A stretch of DNA of 64,000 nt, from NCBI RefSeq assembly GCF_009914755.1, contig NC_060939.1; one strand, given 5' to 3'. This DNA is from the human T2T-CHM13v2.0 reference genome, Homo sapiens. The notes under the pieces were generated by a model. It was not told where the DNA came from. It made no database searches and saw only the letters and a program-made list of their open reading frames with translations. Shown in pieces: positions 49,894 through 63,204 of the stretch. How positions within the stretch are numbered: the first letter of the stretch is position 1; each line of letters begins with the position of its first letter. A program made the translations under genes and the position numbers.

Positions 49894-52327
49894 CCCCTCT
49901 CCGCCATCATGAAATTCTAATACTACAGATATACCGTGTATCTTTTTATGTACTGTGGCCCTTGAGAGGCCACAAACCATTGTGATATCTAAGATTGTTT
50001 TTCCTTCCCCTCAAAGAGCAGATTATCACCCTTTTCAAAAACCAATTTTCATCCCGTTGGAGGCAATATCCACCCCTTTGAGAACACTTGGCATTCAGCA
50101 TGAATCTTTCACTCTTCCCGCTTCACCTCAGATTCTCCCGTGTCGGGGGTGTCATACTTCTCAGTTGACAGCTACCTACATGGTGGTGAGGGGAACAACC
50201 ATGAAAAACAGAGGTACTTTTTGTTGAGCAAGTGCTTCATGGTACATTATCTCTGATCATCACAGCAATGTTGCAAGAAAATTTTCTTTCATGGATGAGA
50301 AAACTCAGGCTTGGAGGGATAAGTCACCCATAACTGTGGGGCTGAATGTAAAACAGCGTCTGTCTGATATGAAAATCGAAACCATGACGCCATCCTGCCT
50401 GCTCATTCATAAAGGCCAGGGAAAGGTAATAGTAGAAGGAACCAGCGTTTACTGAGCCGTTACTGTGTTTCTGAAACTCTGGTGCTTTGCCTACTTACTT
50501 ATTTCACATCTCTGCTTTGTGAAGTTTGGGGTATGTGCCTAGTGTTAGAGACAAAAGATGGGTTTGCAGTGATTATTTTTTCAAATTTCACATGGCTAGC
50601 AGTTCATGAAGCCTGAATTGTAACCCAGGTCTGCCTCTCCTAAAACTCCTCTCTGTTCATTACAAAACACAGCTCCTAGGAGGAAGTGCTGTTAGCCTTC
50701 ACCTTGCAGGAGGGCAAGAGAACCACACGATTGCAGCTTTCTCCCACTGCCTCTTCCCCAACACACACACTTGATTTTTTTTTTGGCATGTGTAGATATG
50801 AAAATAATATAAAGTTAGATATGAAGATAATATAAACCATAACATTCTGAAAACTTTGTGTACTTTACCACCTTCACAAAGTACTGCCTTCACAGACTCC
50901 TAGGGATCTGGGAATCCCAGATTAAATGCCACTGGTCTCTGATATGCCAAAGAGGGGCCTGCTGGAGAGAACTTAGCAGGATGCCATTCAGGTGGGCATA
51001 CTCAGATGCAGTGTAGCATAGGTATAAACCTCAGATTAGTCGGGAGAGAGCGGCCGACCTCAGCAGGTTGCTGGAAGGTTTGATGTAGGGTTGATGCATC
51101 TGACAGCCAGAATGTAAGGGGTCAGTTTGTGGGTGACTTACTCTCTAGGGGCCTTAGGTATATTCTCGGAGAGAGAACCTTTATTTACCCGTGCCCATCC
51201 AGCTAGTGGAGAACCAGTGGGAAGGCCCATGCGTCTCGGGTGCTTTGTCCCAGGGAGAGAACTGTGCGGCGGAGTAAGGCTCTTGACTCAGCTGTCTGCA
51301 AGCCCTTTACATCTTCATTTCATTACTGGCCTAATTTGCTGAGCCCTGACCTGACAGCCAGGTGGGGCCAACCATTCCATTCACACCCTGGAGCAAGGAA
51401 GCTCTAGGTTCCCGTAAGGCAGACTGCCTTTTTAGTTGTCAGCAGATCTGTCTCTTGGGAGCGGGAATGGGGTGGCTTCCTTCCCTCAGGGAGGAGGGGG
51501 TGGTGACAGCCGGGTTGACCAGCTCTCCTGCTGTGCCAAGAGGCATCTGAAGGCTGGCACATGGGATCCAGAGGTGGGTGGCAGTGATGAAACAAGAGGG
51601 CAAGCAGCTTTGGCAGGAGAAGCAAGAGGGCTCTGGGTAGCCAGCTTATTCCTGCTCTCCTGGTCAATGGCAACTTACCTTGACCGGGATTTTGGCAGAT
51701 GAAGGAAAAACTATCTGCTCCTGAATGAAAATTTGATCCACGCAGAAGACAACCTGCAGGCAAAGCAAAAGCACTGGTATGTGATTTTTAGGGAAGAGTA
51801 TGAATGATGCAACTTGTAAACCAGTTATTGGGGTGACTCGTAAGAAGCAGGCAGTCACTGAGCCTCAGTTTCCTCAGCTGGGAGGTGAGAGGGCCAGGTC
51901 ACATAACCTCCAAATCCCATGTATTTTTTCATGGTTGTATAAATTCTTTAAATGGTTTTATTAAAAACTTAAATACGTCAGTGGAACACTTCTCCAGTCT
52001 CCAACTACTAATCACCCCAGTTAATGAGTTGTTTAAGCCACCCTCATATTAGAGTCTACCCACCTCCATTGTTTTAAAAATTGTGTGATTCTAAATGTGA
52101 GATGGAAGATGAGGGTGGCTTCAAAGCGTTTACCACAAAGCTATTATTTATTTTTAACTTATAATTATATTTACAATGGATGAAGCAGTTAGCAAATCAC
52201 TAGTGAGTAACTGTGTGTCAGGCATGAGGTGGAAGACAAATTACATGTATATTTACTTTGAGACTCAGAAATCTCACTTATTAGATTTTATTCCAAAACT
52301 ACAGGACAAAACTAGGAAAATGTGAAA

Positions 52328-52438
52328 TATATATATATATTTCTCATATATATATATTTCATATATACATATATATTTCATATATACATATATTTCATAT
52401 ATACATATATTTCATATATATATATACACACACACACA
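52328..52438. repeat. (TA)n-rich compound microsatellite (ttcatatatacatata-like units) ending in (CA)n
   Basis: Direct reading. Confidence 0.9.
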
Positions 52439-52939
52439 TTTGCACAGGTTATTAATTGTAGCCAACAGCATTAATTCATCGGAACACATCAAATATGTTT
52501 AACCTGTAGGTTTATAATGGTGCTCAGAATAGAACACCTCACTGGTCACTTTTGGAAGATACTAGGAAACCAACTTATTATTTTGAAAACTGGTAAATAA
52601 GAAGAGAGAATCAGGTGTTTACTTTGCCTTTCCAATACAAACTATATCTCAGGACAACCAAATGATAGATGAGGGGAATTTGCTCTTTATAGAAGTATTC
52701 CAGCTGACAAATGAAAAAACAGTGACAGAATTGGAATTCTGTAATCTGAATTACAGGGTCTAGGCAATAATTGCCAATGAGTGTTAACATCACATGAAGA
52801 AAGACAAGATTTTATATGTATCTTGATAGAAGTATCACAACACTACCTATGAAGTAGCCTTGACCCCCAAAACAAGACAAAAACAAAACCCAACAATAAC
52901 AAAAACCAACCAAAAAAACCCTAACCTGAATCTGAGGCG

Positions 52940-53147
52940 GAGCTTGTCCAATGGAGCTTTCTGCAATGATAGGAATGTTCTGTATCTGCATAGTCTAACG
53001 TAGTAGCCAGTAGTCACATGCATGTGTTGAGCACTTGAAATAAGACTAGTGTGACTGAGGAACTAAGTTTTAAATTTTGTTGAATTATAACTAATTTAAA
53101 TTTAAATAGCCACATGTGGCTCTTGGTTACTGTATTGGACAGCACAG
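52940..53147. mobile_element. MER3 (hAT-Charlie)
   Basis: tgtccaat...ctttctgcaatgat...aaatagccacatgtggc...tattggacagcacag. Confidence 0.85.
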
Positions 53148-53249
53148 TTCTAGACTGACCTATCAATTTATGGGAGACACAGGGGACAGAATAACATGTT
53201 GAATGACACCATAGGAATGCAAACAGCAAAACACATTCTATGAGAACTA

Positions 53250-53577
53250 TAGTTGGCACTCTGCGTTCATGGATTCAACCAATAACAGATTGAAGATTTT
53301 TTTTAAAAAATGGATGGTTGCATCTGTACTAAATGGGTACAGACTTTTTTTTCTTGTAATTATTCCCAAAACAATATAGTATAGCAAATATTTATATAGC
53401 ATTTACATTGTATTGGGTATTGTAAGTAATCTAAAGATGATTTAAAGTATACAGGAAGACCTGCATACATGATATGTAAATACTATGTCTTTTATATAAG
53501 GGTCTTAAGCATCCATGGGTTTTGTTACCTGCAGGGAGTCCTAGAACCAATCCCTCACGGTTACTGAGAGATGACTG
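53250..53577 (+). mobile_element. Tigger3a/MER7A-type (TcMar-Tigger) MITE
   Basis: tggattcaaccaa...; gaaccaatccctcacggttactgagagatgactg; TA on both sides. Confidence 0.8.
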
Positions 53578-54472
53578 TATAGGACAAACTATCTGGTTTC
53601 ATCCACAAATAAGGCACAATGAATAAAAAAGAGATAGCTTGGGAAACATAAATTATTAAAGAAAGTGATATCAACCAATTATTAATACAAGGTATAGAAC
53701 GTCTATGGATTCTGTTTCAACAATTAAACCAGTGAAATTACGAGACGATTAGGGAAATGTGAACACTGATTGTATATTTAATGATGTTACAAAATTATCA
53801 CTTTTTAGGTGTGATAACGGCATACTGATTATTTCAAAATAGAGTCCTATTCTTTAAAAATTGTTACTGATGTGCGTATGGCTAAAATCATATGATGTTG
53901 GGCTGTGCTTCACAATCATCCAATGGTTGTGTGAAGGGAAGGAGGTTGGAGAACTGGGTAGGGGTATAGATGATATGAGATTGGAATGAGTTGATAATTG
54001 TTCGAGTTAGCTGGTGGGTACATGGTAGTTCATTAAATTATTCTTTCTACTTTTGAATGTGCTTGCAAATTTCCACAATAAAATGTTAAAAAAAAAAAAA
54101 GAAGTAAGGGAAACTTCCAAGGAACCTCTCTCTAACCCTAAATAACAACAGCCATAATATCAACAGCAGCAAAAATACCACCCTTGAGCTAAAACCAGAG
54201 CTGGGAAATGGAGGCAGGGAGAGGTGTACAAGTAGCACCCAGAACAGAAAAGCAGGGTGAGGGCAAACACCGCTATCAATGCTGTAGTAAGGAGAGTAAG
54301 CCTTGGGCTAAGGGCACTAAGTTAAGCTGCAACCCCAGCTAAGGTGATCCCAGGTCTACAGTGTCCCTGGCTGTCAGAGAAGGCAAAAGCAAATTCCGTC
54401 TGAAAGAGAGCACCCTCCATTTAGGTATGTGGGATTCCTACGGATTAGGGTTAAGCAAATAGGAGCAAACAT

Positions 54473-54615
54473 TAGGGTGACTGTAACAATTATCATCTAA
54501 ACTGAGACACTTTTGAGGATGCAAGGAGGTACTAAGATAATTAACAGGCGTCAGTTGGTTGTAAAAGACGTAAACTAAGATTGTCCTGGAGAAACCAAGC
54601 TATATGGTCCCTCTG
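54473..54615 (+). mobile_element. hAT-Blackjack MITE (MER81/MER94-like)
   Basis: tagggtgac...aaactgagacacttttgag...tatggtccct. Confidence 0.6.
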
Positions 54616-54724
54616 GTAGCCAAGGAAGGGAGGAAGATCCTGCCACTTTGTTCCTAGAGTTTGGTGAGAGTGACAGCCTGCGTCTCAGCCCAGATCATTT
54701 GGAAATTGGGCTCATGCTCTGGGT

Positions 54725-54885
54725 CAATGATTCTCAAAGTGTGGTCCTTGGACCAGTAGCATCAGCATCACCTGGGAGCTTGCTAGAAATGCAGGCTCTT
54801 GGGTCCTGACCCAGACATAATAAATCAGAAACTCAGAGGATGGGCCCAGTAGGTGATTCTGATGTACCGAGTTTGAGAACCACTG
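54725..54885. mobile_element. MER5A
   Basis: caatgattctcaaagtgtggtcc...gtttgagaaccactg TIRs. Confidence 0.9.
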
Positions 54886-56214
54886 GTGTAGGCAAACATT
54901 TCTGAGCTGTTGTCCATCCAGCTATTAACAAACATTCCGTGAGTATCACAATGCTCATTATTTTTCTTCAAAGTAATAGCAGCTAGGAACAAAGTTACAT
55001 TTTCTCAAGCCTTGACATTTTAACAGTACCAGGTAATTCTATAAATAAAGTCTAATAAAAGTCAATCATCAATTATCCATTAAGAAGGATTTTAAAATAA
55101 TAAAAATGCCTTTCAGCATTTTCTGTCTCAAAAGTCTAGTGCTTCTCCCAGAGGAGGAGAACAAAAATATCACCTTCTCAAAGGAAGCTTTAATTAGGTG
55201 TATATCTCTCCTGTGTGCCAATTCGTGGAGTTCCTCCAAATGAAGTTCCCACACACTTCTGGCTGAAACTGGCCCCTAGTTAGCACTAGCTCATTCATTA
55301 GGTCTGCTTCCATTTAACCCGAGGCCTGAGGAGTAGCCCATTGCTCTCCTCTTTGATCTCCTCCAACAGAGTGGAGAACATGTCTGACGGTCAGTTTTTC
55401 TTTCCACACTAGGCTTCCTGGACTAACCAGGACTGGGTGTGAGACATGTACTAGATACTTTTGTGGCTTAAAACACCACCTTCTACCAAAGGCATGCTTC
55501 TGTTTGTCTTGAAGAAGTTTCTGGCATGGCTCAGTGGCTGTTTATCACCTCTGTATTAAGGACAATAGGATGAGCCCCTGGTTGATTAGAGCCTTGCTGG
55601 GGGTTGATAAACACACACCGAGATAGAAGACTCTCTGTTTTCTTATGGCCACAGGCAGCAAAGAGAAACCACACAGCCTCAGATGAACATATGTTAACAC
55701 TAAGATTCTCCACACTTCCTCCAACTTCTTTTAAAATAGAACTATTTTCATGATGGAAGCCAGAAGTGCTACAAGCACTCAGGTGGCAGGACTTATAGCT
55801 GAGAGTGGCATAGGATCACACTGTTTCTTAAACCCCACTTCTGGAACTGGCTACATTCTTTGGAGACCATTTTTTAAAAAGTAGCCCTTTCTTCCACCCC
55901 ATTCCCACAGGATTTTCTTTGGTAGGTCTGCATTGAGGCCTGAGAAACTCCAATTTTGGCAGGGTTCTTAGGGGATTTCTGATGTACAGCTTGAGTTGGG
56001 AACTGCCGATGCTGAGTTAGAGCTATTCTAGCAAGGGCGTGGAGTGTTTCCAGATTTTTGCTGGCATCATCTAGGGTGTCTTGCAGAACAGGGCCTTGCT
56101 CTTCTTCAGGAAGACTTGGAGTTTTCAGGAGCATCTTAGTAGTTTAGCTTTCTAACCTGCTCCTAATCCAGGTGATAAGTGAGTTCATTGAGGTATCCTG
56201 GTCAAGGGTGCAGA

Positions 56215-56430
56215 GAGGTTCCGCTTTGAGGGCCAGCTCTGCCACTTACCATCTGTGAGACTTTCAGCGAGTTACCAAATTCCTGCGAGCTTTGCTTTGA
56301 ATGTCTAAAGAGTGGTAAGGGTAATATCTACTTGAGAGGGCTCTTGTGAAGATTAAATGACAGAATATAAGTAAAATGCTTAGCCTATTGCCTGGCACAC
56401 AGTGAATGCTTAATAAATCATTCATATTAT
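56215..56430 (+). mobile_element. MIR
   Basis: ccagctctgccacttacc...gtgaagattaaatga...gcctggcacacagtgaatgctt. Confidence 0.8.
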
Positions 56431-58130
56431 TATTTTTTTCCTAAGGGTTCAAGCCAATAGAGTTGCCAAATAGTTTGGGTTTTGTTTTGTTTTTTTTTTT
56501 TGGACAGAGGTCACATTTTGGCACCATCTTTTTCTGCTAATGGATATTACAGAAAGTTACATTCAGAGAGTTAGATGCTGTACCTGAAAGGGTGTATGTT
56601 TAAAAGACTGACACTGTCGGACGGGAATTGGCAGTAGAGAACACAGGGTCCCACAGTGGATCCTCAGAGCAAGGATCCTCAGAGCTCCTGAGCAGAGGAA
56701 TGGCACAAAGAGAGCAGGGAGGCAGAGAGGTAAGATACACGGCTTTGCAGGAACTCATTTCAGCCTAGATGTTAGCTGGAGGCCCTGAACCCTAAGAGCT
56801 GGATATGATGGGATCACACTCCACTCTACACTCTGGAAAGGTCCAAGATTTCTTGCATTTCACAGGCATCTTCAAAAGTCCCCCTTGACTCTGACTTCTG
56901 CTGATTCTCAACCCCTGTTCCTGTTGCGTGCCCACAGCCTTGCTGTTCTCTCATCCCTCCCCTGTCTCCTCTCTTCTGTGCTTACTCTGTCCAGTTCACT
57001 TCAAATGAGGAACAATTTAATTACCTCTTTTGCCACCCTTTCACTTGCTAACTCATGCTGTCTGGGTGTCTGCTGCCCCAAGTGGCATTTCAAGATATTT
57101 TCCTGAGCAAAGAGAACAACTTCCTGAAAAAAGTTGCAATGCTTGCTCTTAAGTAATCATTTATTTCCTATCTCCCTCCAAGCCTAAATATTTAAGTAAT
57201 GAGATGCTGAGGAAATACGGGAATGCTCATGTAGGTGGTGTGTTAGCAATGGAGAGAAAGACTAGATCAGGAGATATTTAAGAAATGATAAGATCCTATG
57301 ACAAATTGATCATAGAAGAAAAACAAACAGAAGGGGAAGGAAGGGAACTAACATTTATTGAATGCCTGTATCATAACAACAGCCCTATTCTATTAGTTTT
57401 ATCCCAGCTTTCCAAGAAATGGAAATCAGAGGGGTCAAATAATATGCCCAAGGCCACTCAGACAGTAAATAGAAGGTCCAGGATCCAACCAAGGTGTGGT
57501 TTAAAAACCTATATTCTTTGCATTGTATTCTTAATCACTTATACTTCTACCATAGGGGACAGTAGGGTCCATTCTAAACTGTGTTTAGTTCAACACTTAT
57601 TTGAATTTAATTCAACAAGAAAATCATTTTTTATAAAAATAAAGTTTAGCATATACTCTTATATTTTTACAGCTTGCAATTTGCATCTTTGCATGCATCT
57701 TTCTTTCAATGGTTTTTTAGGTGCAGGTAGCAGAATCTGCTGCTGCTTCAGTGGAAATGAGGCTCCTGTTACTCACTTGTGACAGCACAGCCAGTGGCTG
57801 GGAGTTCCAGGGAGGCTGTTTCCCAACTGTTGGTGCTGTCCAGGGACAGACCGGGTGGGTCCACTCTCATGGGAGGTATTAATTAAGCAAAGACTGGAGG
57901 ACGGCTTGGTTGGGGTGTCGCTGTGGGAATTTGGATTTGGATGGGAGGTACCCACATAGGGCTGTCCGTAAGAACCGCTTGGGGGAAGGCATTTTCAAAA
58001 TACAGATGCCTGGGTCCTATTAGAGACGATTCAGTATGTCTAGAACGGCTCAGAAGCCTTTCAAATATGTTCCCCAGTTGATTGTCATGCACACCCAGGT
58101 CTGGGGACCATTGAAACAGGTTGCCATTAA

Positions 58131-58636
58131 CCCTTTTCCCATTTGCCCCGAGAATACCTGCTGGTGGTGCTTGCGGCGGCAGCATTTACCCTGAGATAAG
58201 TTTGTCACGAAATATCTCACTTTTATTGTTATTTTCACATTGCTCCAGTGTATTGACTTTGCAAACAAAAGACATCATTCTATCGATAGCATTCTGTTTT
58301 TAGTAGTGCTATTTCCATTTACAAAATATAGTAATTCTCGATCGCCGAAAGTGTCAAATCCCAGAAAACGCAGCATTCTTACGTGTGATGTTAACATCAT
58401 TCTCGAACTGTTGTTGGGTGCAGACCCATTTGATGAGTCCGATTTTTCTGGAATAGATGATTCTGATGATTCAGACGATTCTGATGTTTGTTCTGTTTAG
58501 AAATAACTCCAAGAACAGTTTTTATATTTTATTTTCACATTGAAAATTGGTCAGATTTGCTTCAGCCTCGAAGAGCATGTTAATGCAAAATTAAATGAGC
58601 ACTGGCAGTGAGCTGCACTGTTTTTTTCTAAATGGG
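58131..58636 (+). mobile_element. MER75 (non-autonomous piggyBac)
   Basis: TTAA at 58127-58130 followed by TIR CCCTTTTCCCATTT; ~506 bp matching my recall of MER75; carries a PGBD4-like N-terminal peptide. Confidence 0.92.
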
Positions 58637-59721
58637 TAAAGTGCCCTTCATCACTGGATTCTTTAGAGTCTGTCTTCTATTATGGGAGGGAGAGTCTTAT
58701 AGCCTTTAAGACACAATACTCTATTCATGTAGGCGGTGATAACTGGTCAAACATGATTCTGTTTCATTCTTGGAGAAGGTAGAATACTGAGCTCCTTTAA
58801 AATCTTTGGGTTATACACTCTCTTTGTAATGGAAAATGTTATTTACTCTAGTAGTACTTGTTGGTGATGCCACACATATTTTACTTTGAAGAAGCCAGAT
58901 AATGTTTATACACCTGCAGGAACTAGCTAGAGGAATCAAGATGAGACTCCTGGCTGATATATGTACTTACAAAAAACCAGAAGGTTAAACACAGGACTGG
59001 AGTGGTTTGAGGAATGTAGCATTCTCAAATATACTTCTCCTTGGTGTGCTTGAAGCAGAAAAAGAAAACTCAAGGGATTTAGTAACAAATGTATGTTTTC
59101 TGGACCTTGGGTAACATGCTGCCCAATATCTCTCCAGCTCTTGGGTTGAAACATTCATGATTTTTTTTTAAAAAAGCATTTGCTTATTCTTCCCCAAATA
59201 GATGGATACTAGTAATAAATAATGAAAAAATATTGAATGCCAGGAAAATGACATGCAATTTTTCCTTCCTCCTGCTATAATACTTTCTTAATAATTGATG
59301 TGTGCATCTTTTCTAGTGGTGAAAGACCTTTACTTAAAGAGAGCACATGTTCAAAGCTGAGAGACTTGCTGAGTTTGTGGCCAGCTCAGAGGCATTGACC
59401 ACCAAACCATTTGCATTTCAACAGCGGGACAGCTCTCAGAAGAGGACACGGGATAGAGACGCCATGCTTTCTCCACTTCTCTTACCTTATTCCATGGCAC
59501 TCAGCCTTCCTTGGCAGCCAGCCTATTCCTCATTTTTAAGTAGGAGGGCTCTATAATTAACTCCAATCTATTTCTGCCGTGTTAATTAATGTGTGCATAC
59601 AGAAGGTTGCTCTTTTCCTTAAGGTGTGATGAAGAGAACTGTTTTTTTTTTTTTTATGGAAGTCACTTAGAGCTTTAGCAGATGTAGCAATTCACTTTGA
59701 ATAGCAAGACATGACAAATTC

Positions 59722-61432
59722 TTTTTTTAAATTTAATTTTTATTTTAAGTTCAGGGGTACATGCGCAGGTCTGTTATACAGGTAAACTTGTATCATGGGG
59801 GTTGTTGTACAGATTATTTCATCACCCAGGTTATTGAGCCTAGTACCCATTAGTTATTGTTCCTGATCCTCTGCCTCCTCCCACCCTCCATCCTCCAATA
59901 GACTCCAGTGTGTGCTTTCCCCCTCACCCATGTGTCCATGTGTTCTCATCAATTAGCTCTCACTTATAAGTGAGAATATGCAATATTTGGTTTTCTATTC
60001 CTGCATTAGTTTGCTAAGGATAAGGTTTCCAGCTCTATCCATGTTCCTGAAAAGGATATGACCCCATTCTTTTTATGGCTGCATAGTATTCCATGGTGTA
60101 CATGTACCACATTTTCTTTATTCAGTGTACCATTGATAGACATTTAGGTTGATTCCATGTCTTTGCTATTGTGAATAATGCTGCAATGAACATACATGTG
60201 CATATGTTTTTATAATAGAATGCTTTATATTCCTTTGGGTATATACCCAGTAATGAGATTGCTGGGTTGAATGGTATTCTTGTTTTTAGGTCTTTGAGGA
60301 ATTGTCATACTGTCTTTCACAATGGTTTAAATAATTTACATTCCCATCAACAGTGTATAAGCATTCCTTTTTCTCTACAACCTCAGCAGTATCTGTTATT
60401 TTTTGACTTTTTAGTAATAGCCATTCTGACTGGTATGAGATGATATCTCATTGTGGTTTTGATTTGTATTTCTCTAATGATCAATGATGCTGAGCTTTTT
60501 TACACATGATTTTTGGCTGCATTTATGTCTTCTTTCGAAAAGTCTCTGTTGATGTCCTTTGCCCACTTTTTAATGACGTTGTTTTTTTCTTATAAATTTA
60601 AGTTCCTTATAGATGCTGGATATTAGACCTTAGTCAGATGGATAGTTTGCAAACATTTTCTCCCATTCTGTAGGTTGTCTGTTCATTCTGTTGATAGTTT
60701 CCTTTGCTGTGCAGAAGCTCTTTAGTTTAATAGGTGCCATTTGTCACCTTTTGCTTTTGTTGCCATTGCTTTTGGTGTCTTCATCATAGAATCTTTGCCC
60801 ATTCCTTTGTCCAGACTGGTATTGCCTAGGTTGTCTTCCAGAGTTTTCTATAATTTTGAGGTTTACATTTACATCTTTAATACACCTTGAGTTAATTTTT
60901 GTATATGGTGTAAGGAAGGGATCCAGTTTCAATCTTCTGCATATGGCTAGCCAGTTATCCCAGCACCATTTATTGAATCCATTCCGCATTGCTTGTTTTT
61001 ATCACGTTTGTTGAAGATCAGATAGTTATAGGTGTGCGGTCTTATTTCTGGCTCTCTTTATGAACCAGTACCATGCTGTTTTGGTTACTGTAGCCTTGTA
61101 GTATGGTTTGAAGTTAGGTAGCATGATGCCTGTGGCTTTGTTCTTTTTGCTTAGGATTGACTTGGCTATTTGGGCTCTTTTTAAATTCTATATAAATTTA
61201 AAAAATTTTTCGAGTTTTGTGAAGAATGTCAACGGTAGTTTAATAGGAATAGCATTGAATCTATAAATTGCTTTGGGCAGTATGGCCATTTTAATGATAT
61301 TGATTTTTCCTATCCATGAGGATAAAATGTTTTTTCATTTAGGTTTGTATCATCTCTGATTTCTCTGAGTAGTATTTGTAGTTTTCCTTGTAGAGATCTT
61401 TCACCTCTCTAGTTAGGTATATTTTATTTTTT
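59722..61432 (-). mobile_element. 5'-truncated older primate L1 (L1PA13-16-like), ORF2 3' end + 3' UTR
   Basis: Minus-strand [31 protein letters not shown]; old-type 3' UTR; degenerate TSD gacatgacaaattct/gacaccactaattct. Confidence 0.88.
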
Positions 61433-62609
61433 TGACACCACTAATTCTACTGGGTAAACTCTACCAGGGACTACAGTATAAAAAGTCATCCACAGACTCC
61501 CTCTGGGCTCTCTATGGGCATTGGAAAACAGTGAACAAAGTGGAAGGAACCTGTCCAATGACATTAGTCAGACCACAGTCTGAATCTGAACACCACACTA
61601 TAGTGACTGTGTGATTTTTGGTAAGTCACTTAACCTCTCTGTGTCTTGTTTGCTCATTCATAAATGGTGCACAGAATGCCTCCTTTGATCAAGAGTGACT
61701 CATGCAATGTTTGCAAAGCTTCTGAGCCATATAACTCAATTCATGAGCCTACACGTTGGCTGTAAGCATTTATCCCATTAGACTAAGATCCTTGAGAGCA
61801 GAGATGATGTCTTATTTATGTCTCCAGTGCCTAGTAACAATAGGAACTCATATTTATTGAAAGACCAAAAAAATGAATTTGTCTTATTTGATTTTTAGCC
61901 TTAAACTCTTCACATGTCTGTGTCCCTAAAGGAATGTGAACGTATCAGCCAGAATTTCTCAACCATGTTGGCAGAGTGTTGGCTTGCCAGTCCTCAAAGC
62001 CTACCACCTAGAATTACACTATCCCTTCCTGCAGGTCCTTCTGACCTGGGAGTCCTCTGGAGCTCCCTGAGATGTGGGGTGGATGCAAATCTCTGCAGAG
62101 ATGCTGGTGTTCCAGCTTGCCCAGACGTGCCATGCAGCCACTCCCCTCTTGGGTCGTGTCATTTCAGTGCCAGTGCCACAGACAAGCAGGCCATGAGGGA
62201 CAGCAGGATTTTTTCCTGCTTTCAGAGACCTCTATCCATTCTTTGCTTCTGTGCTCCTTCCCCAGCCCAGGGGAATCTCTTTTTAGTCTGAGTGAGATCA
62301 ACTTCCCTTTTCTGCTCTTTAAGGCACTCAGTCCATCCCTAGAATCTCTCATTCCCGAAGGCCATAGGCTTTTGGAACACACAAGTCAGAGACAGTTTCA
62401 GGTAATTTATTTTCTGCTCTGCCTAAACGTCTGCTGGATATCAAACATGCAAGACTCATTACTTGCCTGAATCCGGGAAGGGAGAGTTAATATCTTAAAA
62501 TATTATAGGTCTAGTGCCTAGGAGGAAACAATTAGATATTGGGGCTGGTCTTATCAGGGATGGCAGATGTTACAGGACTTTAGGGGATATTAATTCCTTA
62601 TGATTGTAA

Positions 62610-63017
<408 letters not shown>

Positions 63018-63204
63018 TGTTCCCTTTTAACAAGAAATGAAGTAGCATTTTAGAGCCCCTCTGCCTCTCTGAGACTTTTAAAAATGTATCTTTGACCAAG
63101 ATTGGGTCACATAGCACAGGAAGCAGGAAAAGCCAACATTGGGTTTCCAGCCTCAATGTGGGGAGACAGCAAGTGAGAAGCGATGAGGCGTGCTGTTGGG
63201 TTAG

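Larger units (their letters stand above)
52490..54100 (+). mobile_element. L1MC-type 3' end with nested MER3 and Tigger3a
   Basis: aaccaacttattattttgaaaactgg; ends tttccacaataaaatgtt + A tail. Confidence 0.7.

Noticed and set aside
57285-57782. 165-aa ATG-initiated ORF
   Set aside because: Runs through a MIR-like fragment and AT-rich sequence; no domain or coding character
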